Program-made: the position numbers and the translations under genes
Shown: piece after piece, positions 13,145 to 25,335 of the stretch
Layout: every line of letters starts with the position of its first letter
How positions within the stretch are numbered: position 1 is the first letter of the stretch
NCBI GenBank assembly: GCA_951406725.2
Contig: OX597815.1
Coordinates: forward strand, 6,324,001-6,388,000
DNA from: Octopus vulgaris
Taxonomy: Eukaryota
Length of the DNA stretch: 64,000 nt
Reading direction: 5' to 3'
The notes under the pieces: generated by a model
What the model saw: only the letters and a program-made list of their open reading frames with translations
The model's database searches: none
What the model was told of the DNA's origin: nothing

Positions 13145-13508
13145 TAAATGAAAGTTGCGTTGTATTTACTTTGCAAGGCTCTTTGGTGTGAAATCATCTG
13201 TTAAAACAGTTATTTTTGTAATTTTGGGAGGGTCATATTGACAGCAAAACACACACTGAATGTATTTTACATCAGTTTTATCAACAGTTAATTAGATAAT
13301 TAATTTATAAAATAAATAGCTTTGTCTCCCCCTTATATACTTACTCCTTATTCTGTACACGTGCCTTGAAGCTTAATCTTCAATAACTTCAACTCTCTGC
13401 AACGTCTCTGGACTCATATCCAGGTGCATTTTTCACCACATTGCGATACTAGACGTACAAGAGCGTTTTGTGTGTTATGGGGTTGTTGTAGTTGCATTGG
13501 AAAAGAGG

Positions 13509-14099
13509 GATCTTTTCGGTTTGACCGGCAGTTTTTTAAAATAATTTCTATGTAACTAAAAAATTTTAAACTTCATATACTGGAAGAATGTGTTTATGAA
13601 ACATCTTTTTCTCTTGGCTTTATTGAGAAAATTCTATAGTTTGTAAGATATTTGTTGTTTAATTTCTTGCATTTCGACAATTTCAACCAATCAATCATAA
13701 TTATGACCCTAGTATCGATCTATTGCATTTCAATCTGTTTTAGGGTTAGGGTTAGTGTTAGGAGTGGGGGGAAGGGTATCTTTTTTTCTTCAGAAATGTA
13801 AATAAACCCAATCTGTTTCTTAAACGAATATATAGTATGTAACAGGGACATTTTCATATGACGCCGCCAGAAAATGTTGCGGCAGAAATCGTTTTCATCT
13901 CAATAGATGTCGTTGATTGGTTGAAATTGCCGAAATGCAAGAAATTAAAGACGAAATATCTTACAAACTACAGAATTTTCTCAAGAAAGCCAAGAGAAAA
14001 AAATTTTTCATAAACACATTCTACCAGTATACGAAGTTTAACATTTTTTAGTTACATAGAAATTATTTTAAAAATCTGCCGTTCAAAGCGAAAAGAGTC
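13509..14099. mobile_element. MITE-like element with ~185-bp terminal inverted repeats
   Basis: 13509-13695 is the imperfect reverse complement of ~13913-14099; internal TTAGGG repeats at 13740-13763. Confidence 0.8.
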
Positions 14100-14291
14100 A
14101 AGCTGACATAGTTTCTTTATTATTTGATCATCTCACCTTTACAATCTGACGATGATGGCAGCAGGTGATTACCTGTTAAAATATTAACGAAGCTTGCGAC
14201 AATGCTCATTTACATAATGCAAAGGTTACACCTCATTTGCATACGGTGAAGAGCAGTTCATTTTGCACACACGCGCGCGCGCGCACACATA

Positions 14292-14626
14292 GTGAAGGCA
14301 CATGGCCCAGTGGTTAGAGCATCGAACTTACGATCGTGAGGTTGTCAGTTCGAATCCCGGACTGGGCTTCGTGTTGTGTTCTTGAGCAAGACACTTTATT
14401 TCACGTTGCTCCAGTTCACTCAGCTGTAGAAAAGTGTTGCGACGTCACAGGTACCAAGCTGTATCGGCCCCTTTCCCTTTCCCTTGGGTAACGTCGTTGG
14501 CGTGGAGAGGGGAGGCCGGTATGCATGGGTGACTGTTGGTCTTCGATAAACAACCTTGCCCGGACTTGTGCCTCGGAGGGTAACTTTCCAGGTGCAATCC
14601 CATGGTCATTTGTGACCGAAGGGGGT
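14292..14626 (+). mobile_element. Family-D tRNA-derived SINE
   Basis: GTGAAGGCACATGGCCCAGTGGTTAGAGC...GTTCGAATCCC...CTTGAGCAAGACACTTTATTTC; related heads at ~10182 and ~11150. Confidence 0.8.
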
Positions 14627-15129
14627 TTCTGATAGTGTAGATATTATATTATATTATATATATACAATATAGATATACAACACCGTATGTATTTGTGTGT
14701 GTGTATATATGTAGGCGTAGGCATGGCTGCGTGACAAAGAGCTTGCATCCCACCACACGGTTCCGGGTTCAATCCTACTGCATGGTACCTTGGGTTGCAG
14801 TCGTCTACTAAGTCCAGGTTGACAAAAGCCTTGCGAGTGGATTTGGTAGAGGGAAACTGAAAGAATCCCGTTGTACATACTTACATATAAATGTATATAC
14901 ATATGTATATGTGGGTACTGGACGTCATAGAACGTAAACAACATGAAATACGAAAACCTGGAATACGAACTTTTTTGCGAGCAACGAAAGAAACAAATGG
15001 GAAACAAGACAAATAATATAAAGAACGACCCTTCATCAGTTGTCGACTGTTTTATCTACTCCGCATTTCCAGCATATGTATATATATATATATATACGAC
15101 TGAAACAAGTAAAAGAGTAAATATATATT

Positions 15130-15510
15130 TACTCTTTTACTTGTTTCAGCCATTTGACTGTGGCTATGCTGGAGCACCACCTTTAGTCAAGCAAATCGAC
15201 CCCAGGACTTATTCTTTGTACGCCTAGTACTTATTCTATCGGTTTCTTTTGCAATAACCGCTAAGTTACGGGGATGTAAGCACACCAGCATCGGTTGTCA
15301 AACGATGTTGGGGGACAAACACAGACACACACGTACATACATATATATATACGACGGGCTTCTTTCAGTTTCCGTCTACCAAATCCACTCACAAGGCTTT
15401 AGTCGGCCTGAGGCTATAGCAGAAGACACTTACCCAAGGTGCCACGCAGTAGGACTGAACCTGGAACCATGTGGTTGGTAAGCAAGCTACTTACCACACA
15501 GCCACTCCTA
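15130..15510 (-). mobile_element. Family-A SINE
   Basis: Collinear with 12111-12570. Confidence 0.9.
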
Positions 15511-15576
15511 ATTATTTTATAATAACCAAAAATAAAAGATACATACATACATACAAACATACATACATACATACAT

Positions 15577-15607
<31 letters not shown>

Positions 15608-16012
15608 GATACTTACATGCATAGAAGCTGAACGAGAGAGAGATGTCTATATTTAAATGCATCGTGAGTGAGCGAGTGAGCTGTATTCACATTCCTGTGA
15701 ACGTGAAGGTGGCTTGTGTGAATCATGTATGTAACCAATGCACGAAGAGTGCAGAGACTGGTACATCTTCCTTCTAAAAACAACTTCCATTATGATTATC
15801 AAAAGCATCGTTTGATGTAAGGGACAAAAAAAGTTAATAAACCTCCACGCAGATACGGTGGTGATATGGTAGACCATGCATGGCAGAACAATGTCATATT
15901 AGTGCTACAACATTTGTAATATGATAACCCGGTATGTTCCTTGTTGTTCAGATTCTAACTATTATTAAGTGTAATTGTACTAAGTTTTCTGTATTTTCTT
16001 TCTCCATTACAG

Positions 16013-16077
16013 GTAAAATCTGATTGGGTGACTGGTAATTGTACGTTCCTGACCTTCAAATATTATTAACCTGTAAG
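16013..16077 (+). other. Candidate 65-nt non-coding exon
   Basis: Branch-like TACTAAG and polypyrimidine TTTTCTTTCTCCATTACAG acceptor (ends 16012); perfect AAG|GTAAGT donor after 16077; stops in all three frames. Confidence 0.6.
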
Positions 16078-16320
16078 GTAAGTAACGTTACCTTTCCACC
16101 CGAAGATATAAATATTCTGTTGCATCGTTTGTTCTCTGTTTAAAAAGAAAATACAATGTTTAGAAATATAAAAGAAAAAATCGGAGACACGAATCAATAA
16201 AATGCATTTCTTCCTCCAAATAACTTTCTCCTCTCTTCGTAAAAGCTGTTCAGTCGACGAGTCTGGCTTCGCTAAAAGAACTGTTCTATAGCAGGTGCGC
16301 GCAAGCGTATGCATGTGTTA

Positions 16321-16377
<57 letters not shown>

Positions 16378-16676
16378 GTATGTATAGGTATAGATATATA
16401 CACACATACACGTATGTATTGATTACTCAGTGTGTGTGTGTGTGTGTAATTAATTGTTTATATAAAGACATATATACAATTTATACAAAATGATTTAACA
16501 GTAAACAGGTTTAGTCAATACTTTTCAGTAAAGTACATATTTAAAACTTTTACAAGAAAAAGGTTGATAGTGACTTTGAAGTGCCAACTTGTTCGTCTTC
16601 AAACGCGCGCGCACACGCACACACAAAATATATTATATACATTATTTTATGTGTGTATGTGTGTGCGTGTGTGTGT

Positions 16677-16950
16677 GTGGAGGCGCAATGGCCCAGTGGT
16701 TAGGGCAGCGGACACGCGGTTTCGATTCCCAGACCGGGCGTTGTGTGTGTTTATTGAGCGAAAACACCTGAAAACCCCACGAGGCCCTGGCAGAGGGGGG
16801 TGGCGACTTTCTAGCTCTCCCTCTTCCTGCTTCTTGAGTAACGCTGTGATGGACTGGCGTCCCGTCCAGCTGGGGGAGGGGGAGCACATACGCCACAGAA
16901 ACCGGGAAACCGGGCCCATGAGCCTGGCTAGGCTTGAAAAAGGGCAACGT
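16677..16950 (+). mobile_element. Family-C SINE head with a different tail
   Basis: Same head; tail GATGGACTGGCGTCCCGTCCAG...GAAACCGGGAAACCGGGCCC. Confidence 0.8.
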
Positions 16951-17151
16951 TTATCGTTTATATATATATATATAAGCAAACACACCCATTGCTGTGTGTA
17001 TATTTCTCTGTTGCTTGTTTATCAAACCCATCGGGGAGGCGGGAGGGCAAGTGGCATGGCGTGGGTTTCAGTTGTCCCGGTGTTATCCGCACACCCACAC
17101 TCATCATACCGCTACGCCACTGAAGGGGAGATAAGCCTCGCTAACATGTAG

Positions 17152-17186
<35 letters not shown>

Positions 17187-17284
17187 ATAGTACTGTGAAT
17201 TATTATGAAGTAGATTGTGATTTTGATGTAAGCCTCATCGACATGTCTTTATGTAGTGTGTTGTGTGTGTGGATGTGAATGTGA

Positions 17285-17319
<35 letters not shown>

Positions 17320-18992
17320 CTATCATTTAATTATTATTTTTTTTAAAAACATTCTTTTCAACTGTCTACAAACAGCCAGTCTGAAATAATGCATTCTTCC
17401 AGGAATGAATAAAAAATACTAAAACTTGAGGGGATGGGCTCCCATATAGAGATTCTAACGGCGCAGGGGCCCGCTTGCCATCGGGCTAGTCCCGCCACTG
17501 CATGCAAGCATGGGAAAGTGGACGTTAAAACGGTGGTGATGATGACGATAGCGATGATAACGATGATGATGATGATGATGATGCTGACAGGTTTTGGGTT
17601 GGAGCCATTCAGTAGCGATCCAATGTTATACAGTTTCTCTGCTTAGATCGATAAAGTGTTTGTATGATGTTGGGCCAAAATAGTTTTTAAGGCGGTGGAT
17701 CGGCATCTCACAAAATGGCCCGTGGCTTTCGTTCCAGATCTTTATATTTCTGAGTCCGAATCTCATCAAGGTTTCCACTCTTTGCTTCTCAGCCTTCTTC
17801 TTTTTCCTTCGTTGGATAGCATCGCAGTGAACAATCGCAGACCTTTTCAGATGACTCCTAGGCGAGATTTAGCTATGGTTTCTAGCAGGTCAAGCGACCA
17901 CATAGTGGCCCTGTCGTTTGGTTCGTTCAGACAAAGCTGAAATGTCGTGGGGTCGTGCTTTCCTTGTGATGTTATGCAGCTTCCCACATTGGTTTCATGG
18001 CGCAGTTGTTGATGACCGAATTGGCTTTAATTGAAAGTTTGTTCAGCAAAGGACATCGATAGAATAAGTACGAGACTTTAAAAAAATGCACTGGGTGTCG
18101 ATTCATACAAATAAATTCTTCAAGCTTATGCCCCAGCATGGCCGCAGTCTCTTGCCTGAAACAAATAAAAACTAACAAGTAACAAATACATCTTGTAATA
18201 GAGCGCGGCAGAAAAACCTCCCATGTTTTATGTGACAATTGAATTGGCTCTGGTGAACTTAGACCAGTGATATAATTCTTTAATTGTAGCAAATGTCTTA
18301 CCGTTTTTTTCTCCTTCAATTACCTTCTTGTTTGTCCATTGTGCGTTTGCTGTTGAACCGCTTTATCACCAACGGGGAATCGGAAGTTTTTCTTCATCTC
18401 TTATTGTCGCACAATGTATTTTCACAGCCTGATTGAGTTAAACGGTTAAGTGGAAATTTTAGCATCATCGTTTAACAACCGCTTTCCATGCTGGCATGGG
18501 TTGGACGATTTGACTGAGGACTGGCGAACCAGATGGCTGCACCAGGCTCCAGTCTGATCTGGCAGAGTTTTATCGTCGTGATTATCAATAAGTGACCTTC
18601 AAATGTGATTCTATGCATTTTCTATAGAATTGTATGTTTGGCGAGGGTAAAGCGCCTGCACACCTCCACCTATTTCCGATATTTAAAAAATCTTTTTTTC
18701 CAATTTTTTTTCGGATTTCTATGTTTTCGATATAGGAGAATACTATTTTACCCCAGAACCACGTTTTCAAAATTTTTATTTACCCCTCCCCATTTTCTTA
18801 ATTTTAAACTTTTTTTCGAATTCTCTTTTTTAATCCTCGTATAAAAATACAGAGATTACGAATCAGGGAAATTTTAAAAAATTCTGAAAGGGACACTAAA
18901 GGCCCCTTCCCTCACGTCGTCCACCCATCATCTCCCTGCTTTCAAAAAGCTAAAAACGTCGAATGTTTCACTTTCGTCTAATGGATGCAAAA

Positions 18993-19720
18993 TCGACCTC
19001 GCTCGCCAAGCCTTCAACCGACTCAATGCACGACTCTGGTCAAGATCTGAACGGATCTACCAAGCACTAGTGCGAACGATTCTCCTTTATGGCAGCGAGT
19101 CATGGTCGATGAGGGTGGAAGATATTAAGCCGACGACCGCTCGGTTCAAAGTCTCTCTTGACCAGAAATGGCCTGAACTCTTTGCATGAACACCCTCCCT
19201 GTACATAACTCCATGTCCCCCTACATGGCCTTGCTTTTTGCTTTTTGAGCCAAAAAATAAACTTAACTTAAGCGACTAGAATCCTTCGATCACCTCTGTC
19301 TATGCTGCATCCTTCGTGTCTAATGGCATCACTTTGTCTCCAACAATTCGGTGTGACACCAGTGCAGAATCACCTCCCTCCGACAAGTCATCCTATCGAG
19401 ATGTCTACGTTGGCTGGGTCATGCCCTCCATCGTCAACCAGGAGAATTCATCTACGAAGCAATTGCCCCAGCTCCCCTTCAGGGTTGGCAAAAACGATGT
19501 GGTGGACAACGAAAAACCTGGCTGATGACAGTCAAGGCTGATCTGGAACCCAACCTAAGGCCCCCATGTCCACAGCGTTCACCGCTGGAATAAGGAGTGG
19601 TTGGAGATCACGCGGTCGTTAGCCTCAAATCGCCAGGTCTGGTCGGCATTTGTGAGAGATGCCGCATTGAGAATGAATGAAGCCAGCTCAACCCACCCCG
19701 GGTGAATGCTGTCTCAAGAC
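18993..19720 (+). mobile_element. RTE-clade LINE 3' fragment (degenerate), split by a CR1 insertion
   Basis: Translates to RIYQALVRTILLYGSESW....DIK / RLESFDHLCL..IL...W...VSN and RWLGH...GGQRKTW...VKADL, the typical RTE/BovB-like RT C-terminus. Confidence 0.8.
19131..19270 (+). mobile_element. 3' end of the same CR1 family as 36241-36805, nested in an RTE fragment
   Basis: Matches the reverse complement of 36241-36375 (GACCGCTCGGTTCAAAGTCTCTCTTGACCAGAAA...TGAGCCAAAAAAT). TTAAGC is duplicated on both sides. Confidence 0.85.
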
Positions 19721-20539
19721 ATGAAGAATGGATGGTGTGCACGCGCTTTACCTTCGCCGTATGTTTTAGGACCAAGCAATAACTTTATTTCCTGGATAAA
19801 TAATTGGTGATCAATGAGAATCGCTTTGAAGGTAAAACCAATCTCATTTTTAAGAGAAAATGAGTTATTTCCCTTGAATAACAGTTCCGAATAGAAATGG
19901 ATTTCTTTCACAGATTTCTGATCTCTGGGTCGTTACTTCAATCTGAATATTTTCTACCTGTCTCTCCCCACGCCCGTCACTTTCTTTCTTCTTACCAACT
20001 CTCACGTTGTGTGTGCGTATGTGTATGTATTATTTAATGGCACTCCGTCGGTTACGACGACGAGGGTTCCAGTTGACCCGATCAACGGAACAGCCTGCTC
20101 ATGAAATTAACGGGCAAGTTGGCTGAGCACTCCACAGACACGTGTACCCTTAACGTAGTTCTCGGGTAGATTCAGCGTGACACGGAGTGTGACACGGCTG
20201 GCCCTTTGAATCACAGATTCAACTCATTTTTGTTAGCTGTGTGGGCCGGAGCGACGCGAAACAAAGTGTCTCGCTGAAGCAAACAGTGCACCGCCAGGAA
20301 TCGAACTCACACGAACCGAAGTCACGTGCTTCCACATATGTTATATATAGATGTGTGTGTGAGTGTGCTGCGTTAACATCTATCTATCTACACACACACA
20401 CACATGTACTCCTAGCATTTATTGGTATCTTTCTTTACTCGACTTTTCGCTGCTTTCTGTCCCTCTTTTACTCTTTTCTGACGAGTTCTAATGCACCTAA
20501 CTACTGTATACGATAAGTTCATTTAAAAAAATTTTTTTT

Positions 20540-20992
20540 ATTTGAACTCAGAACGTAACGGCACACAAAATATCTATTTCTTTACTACCCACAAGGGGCT
20601 AAACACAGAGAGGACAGACAGGGACAGACAAACGGATTAAGTGGATTATATCGACCCCAGTGCGTAACTGGTACTTAATTTATCGACCCCGAAAGGATGA
20701 AAGGCAAAGTCGACCTCGGCGTAATTTGAACTCAGAACGTAACGGCAGACGAAATACCTATTTCTTTATTACCCACAAGGGGCTAAACACAGAGGGGACA
20801 AACAAGGACAGACAGACGATTAAGTGGATTATATCGACCCCAGTGCGAAACTGGTACTTAACTTATTGACCCCTAAAGGATGAAAGGCAAAGTCGACCTC
20901 GGCGTAATTTGAACTCAGAACGTAACGGCAGACGAAATACCGATAGATATTTCGCCCGGCGTGCTAATGTTTCTGCCAGCTCGCCGCCTTAA
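20540..20992 (-). mobile_element. Family-B SINE, two modules plus a partial third
   Basis: Reverse complement of head and modules; ATAAGTTC present on both flanks. Confidence 0.85.
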
Positions 20993-22562
20993 TAATAAGT
21001 TCGTTATTAATAAATCACTATTTGTTCTTATAACGTTTATTTGAATAAGGTCGAGAGTTTGTCGGTTGCTATCTCAGTACTTATGTTGCTATCGAGATAA
21101 AAGTTCTTTTTGCCAGGTCACGAGAAGCAACAGAGTAGAACAAATCACTTGGAAAAGCCATTTTGATACAACGTTAATAAATTATGCAGCTTCAGGAAGT
21201 CTGGTCGTTAAAAATCACTTAGACTGAACCCTAAGGTAGCGATTTCGAATCTTCACAAATCACCACCACCACCATCGCCCAAATTTTAATGAGATTAAAT
21301 TAAGAGATAATGAGTTTTGGAGAAAGAGAATGTATTTATATGCAAATTATGAATTATTTCTAATTCAGACACAGGGGCAAGAATTTTGAGGGACGGGGTT
21401 ACTTAAATCGCGTCTAGTTCTTGGCTGTTACTTTATTCTATCGACCCTGGAAGGATGAAAGGTAAAGACGATCTCGGCAGGATTTGAACGCAGGATGTTG
21501 ATGAAAGCAGTTTTTTGTTTTAGGCAGTTTTCTTTATAGAGAAGGAAAGAAAGAAAAAAATAAAGCGTTAAAAGTATAAAAAATAAAATTATCGAGAGGA
21601 AAAAAAACCCATCACTACCCCACTCCCCCCAAAAGAAAAAAGGGGCTGGGGATTAAAGAGGGGACGGGAGGGGGAAGGGAGTAATGTGTTGTTATAGGGC
21701 AAATGGCACGTTCAGCCACACCACGGGGCCATGATTGCAAAGGTATTGCCGCAGGGAAATGGTCAGTGACACTCACTGCAACCGCCACCCCAGCTCGCAG
21801 GGCTCATTTCTCAAACGGACCGCAGCTATCCCGATTTTCAGCAGTGCTGGGCCCGAGAAGATTTATCTCGCGTAATCCTGAGATTTGGACAATGAGGAAG
21901 CTTTGATTACGTACCTCTAGCTGCTAGAAATAACAGCCAGTATATCCCTGAAACCACACCTTGGTATCTAAGAAAAGACAAAAAAAAGAACAAGGATATG
22001 TTGCAACCCTTAAAACATTAAATTAAGAAAGAAAAAAATCATGACTGGAAGTCTTTGATCATAAATTTGCTCCTTCAGAGTTAACCCTGGGCGAAACAAA
22101 ACCCTTTCTCTTTGGTACAAAGCCTGAAATTTTTGTGGAAGAAGCCAGTCGATTCCTTCGACCTCAGTACTCAACAGGTTCTTATTTCATCAACTCCGAA
22201 AGGATAAAAAGCAAAATCGACCTCGACGGAATTCGAACTTAGAACATAAAGACGAACGAAACGCTGCTAAGCAGTTTTCTCCGGCGTCCTAACGATTCTG
22301 CCAACTCGCCGCCTCCATATACGCACGAGTGATTACAATAACCGCCGAAATACAAGTTATCTCCCTTGCATTATATGGTTGCAGTGGTTATTCATACGAA
22401 CTGATGAAGTTATCTCCCTTGTATCAAAAATTTCCCTTATCTCTTTCGCCTAGTTTTTAGCTGTTCGTCACGGTTGATTGATGTTCTTGTGAATATATTT
22501 CTGCAATAAATATCTGAAACAAGTTTATTATATATTCATTAATATTCACATTTAATCATGTA

Positions 22563-22640
22563 CTTTATATGCACTTTCTGACAAGTTGTGGTGCACCTGA
22601 GCACTGTATACAATAATTTCATTATTATTATTATTATTAT
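22563..22640 (+). mobile_element. 3' stub of a LINE related to the 30915-34250 element
   Basis: GTTGTGGTGCACCTGAGCACTGTATACAAT followed by (ATT)n matches the 3' UTR and tail of the large LINE (reverse complement of 30961-31015). Confidence 0.8.
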
Positions 22641-22752
22641 AATCATGTTCACACCAGTTTCTTCTGTGGAGCATCATGTCCGCATTTCAGTTATTATTAA
22701 GGATCTTTTTCTTTAGGTTGCCTCAGTTTCATGAGACTTTTTGGTGGAAGTC

Positions 22753-24052
22753 AAGGCGGCGAGCTGGCAGAATCGTTAGCACGCCGGGCGAAATGCTTCG
22801 CGATATTTCGTCTGCCGTTACGTTCTGAGTTCAAATTCCGCCGAGGTCGACTTTGCCTTTCATCCTTTCGGGGTCGATAAATTAAGTACTAGTGAAACAC
22901 TGGGTTCGATGTAATCGACTTAATCCGTTTGTCTGTCCTTGTTTGTCCTCTCTGTTTTTATCCCCTGGTGGGTAGTAAAGAAATAGGTATTTCGTCTGCC
23001 GTTACGTTCTGAGTTCAAACTCCGCCGAGGTCGACTTTGTCTTTCGTCCTTTCGGGGTCGATAAATTAAGTACCAGTTACGCACTGGGGTCGATGTAATC
23101 GACTTAATCCGTTTGTCTGTCCTTGTTTGTCCTCTCTGTTTTTAGACCCTTGTGGGTAGTAAAGGAATAGGTATTTCGTCTGTCTTTACGTTCTGAGTTC
23201 AAATTCCGCCGAGGTCGACTTTGCCTTTCATCCTTTCGGGGTCGATAAATTAAGTACCAGTTACGCACTGGGATCGATGTAATCGACTTAATCCGTTTGT
23301 CTGTCCTTGTTTGTCCCCTCTGTGTTTAGCCCCTTGTGGGTAGTGAAGAAATAGGTATTTCGTCTGCCGTTACATTCTGAGTTCAAACTCCGCCGAGGTC
23401 GACTTTGTCTTTCGTCCTTTCGGTGTCGATAAATTAAGTACTAGTGAAACACTGGGTTCGATGTAATCGACTTAATCCGTTTGTCTGTCCTTGTTTGTCC
23501 TCTCTGTTTTTATCCCCTGGTGGGTAGTAAAGAAATAGGTATTTCGTCTGCCGTTACGTTCTGAGTTCAAACTCCGCCGAGGTCGACTTTGTCTTTCGTC
23601 CTTTCGGGGTCGATAAATTAAGTACCAGTTACGCACTGGGGTCGATGTAATCGACTTAATCCGTTTGTCTGTCCTTGTTTGTCCTCTCTGTTTTTAGACC
23701 CTTGTGGGTAGTGAAGAAATAGGTATTTCGTCTGCCGTTACGTTCTGAGTTCAAACTCCGCCGAGGTCGACTTTGTCTTTCGTCCTTTCGGTGTCGATAA
23801 ATTAAGTACCAGTTACGCACTGGGGTCGATGTAATCGACTTAATCCGTTTGTCTGTCTTTGTTTAGCCCCTTTGTGGGTAGTAAAGAAATAGGTATTTCG
23901 TCTGCCGTCACGTTCTGAGTTCAAATTCGACTTTGCCTTTCATCCTCTTTCGGGGTCAATAAATTAAGGACCAGTTGCGAACTGGGGGCGATCCAATCGA
24001 CTGGACCCCTCCCTAAAAATTTTGGGTCTTGTGATTAGAGTAGAAAAGAATA
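22753..24052 (+). mobile_element. Family-B tRNA-derived SINE with ~6.6 tandem 184-bp modules
   Basis: Head AAGGCGGCGAGCTGGCAGAATCGTTAGC. Modules restart at 22986, 23170, 23354, 23538, 23722 and 23892. TSD TTTGGTGGAAGTC at 22740-22752 and 24053-24065. Confidence 0.9.
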
Positions 24053-24277
24053 TTTGGTGGAAGTCGTTGTTGTTTAGTCCCACGTCTGACCTCACTGAAC
24101 ATAACTAGTCGCTCTAGCCGTGACCATCCTGTGTAATTTTAATTCTTAAGTTACAAATGTACGGGTGTGCTCCCTCCTACTTTGTTACCTCTTACTTTTC
24201 TTTAAAAAATGCATATTTTTTATAAAATTTTCCACAAATACATTTCAAATGATGTAGATTACAATTATATCGGAATG

Positions 24278-24641
24278 TAAGTAGCTTGTTTACCAACCAC
24301 ATGGTTCCGGGTTCAGTCCCACTGCGTGACACCTTGAGCAAGTGTCTTCTACTATAGCCCCGGGCCGACCAAAGCCTTGTAGCAGATTTGGTAGATGGAA
24401 ACTGGAAGAAGCCCATCGTATATATGTATATATATATGTGTGTGTTTGTGTTTGTTCCCCCAACACTGACTGACAACCAATGCTGGTGTGTTTACATCCC
24501 CGTAACTTAGCGGTTCGGGAAAAAAGAGACCGATAGAATAAGTACTAGGCTTACAAATAATGAGTCCTGGGGTCGATTTTCTCGACTAAAGGCGGTGCTC
24601 CAGCATGGCCACAGGCACACGACTGAAACAAGTAAAAGAGT
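24278..24641 (+). mobile_element. Family-A SINE
   Basis: Collinear with the other family-A copies. Confidence 0.9.
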
Positions 24642-24838
24642 TGCTAGTTACGTTTCACCGTTGCAGTCGTTTGAACCCCAGCATTGGTGGTTCCATGTGT
24701 ATTTGGATACCTAACCTCAATGGATCTCTGAGCGCAATAACGTCTTCCCCTGGTGATCCATTGCGGTTAGGCATCTAAAAACACATGGAACCACCAATGC
24801 TGAAGTCCAAATAACTGGTGTGGAGAAACGTAAAGCAG
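24642..24838. repeat. Fold-back element, ~80-bp imperfect arms
   Basis: CAGCATTGGTGGTTCCATGTGT...CAATGGATC / GATCCATTG...ACACATGGAACCACCAATGCTG. Confidence 0.85.
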
Positions 24839-24889
24839 GAACTAACAATTTATATTTGTGCTCCCTTTAATTCCCTCCCCCCACTAAAT

Positions 24890-25230
24890 CATCATCATCA
24901 TCATCATCGTTTAACGTCAGCTTTCCATGCTAGCATTGGTTGGACGATTTTGACTGAGGTCTGGCGAACCAGACTCCAATCTTGATCTGGCAGAGTTTCT
25001 ACAGCTGGATGCCCTTCCTAACGCCAACCACTCCGAGAGTGTAGTGGGTGCTTTTTACATGCCACCGGCACGAGGGCCAGTTTGGTGGCACTGGCAACGA
25101 CCTCGCTCGAATGTTTTTCACGTGCCACCAGCACAGGTGCCAGTAAGGCGACACAGGTAACGATCACACTTGAATGGTGAGTTTAATGTGCTATCGGCAC
25201 AAAGGCCATCTTGTTGCTCTGGCAACGATC
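24890..25230 (-). mobile_element. Family-E: 3' end of a (GAT)n-tailed retroelement (probably RTE-like), variably 5'-truncated
   Basis: (CAT)nCGTTTAACGTC.GCTTTCCATGCT.GCATGGGTTGGACG...CAGCTGGATGCCCTTCCTAACGCCAACCAC. Other copies at ~18460, 27018, 29126, 29352, 37145, 38824, 49256, 54416, 54630, 56410, 58675 and 59432. Confidence 0.75.
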
Positions 25231-25335
25231 TCACTCACAGTGATAGACTATCCACCATACTGGGAACTGACTGGATAAGGATAATCCATGGCAGAACAAA
25301 ACAAGGCAAAGAAAATTTGAATAAACTTTATTTTC

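Noticed and set aside
22753-24052. CRISPR-like array
   Set aside because: Whole 184-bp units repeat with no unique spacers; eukaryotic SINE context with a TSD.
24795-24838. Hammerhead in the right arm of the 24642 fold-back
   Set aside because: CTGAAGT breaks A9, and the opposite arm does not preserve the motif.
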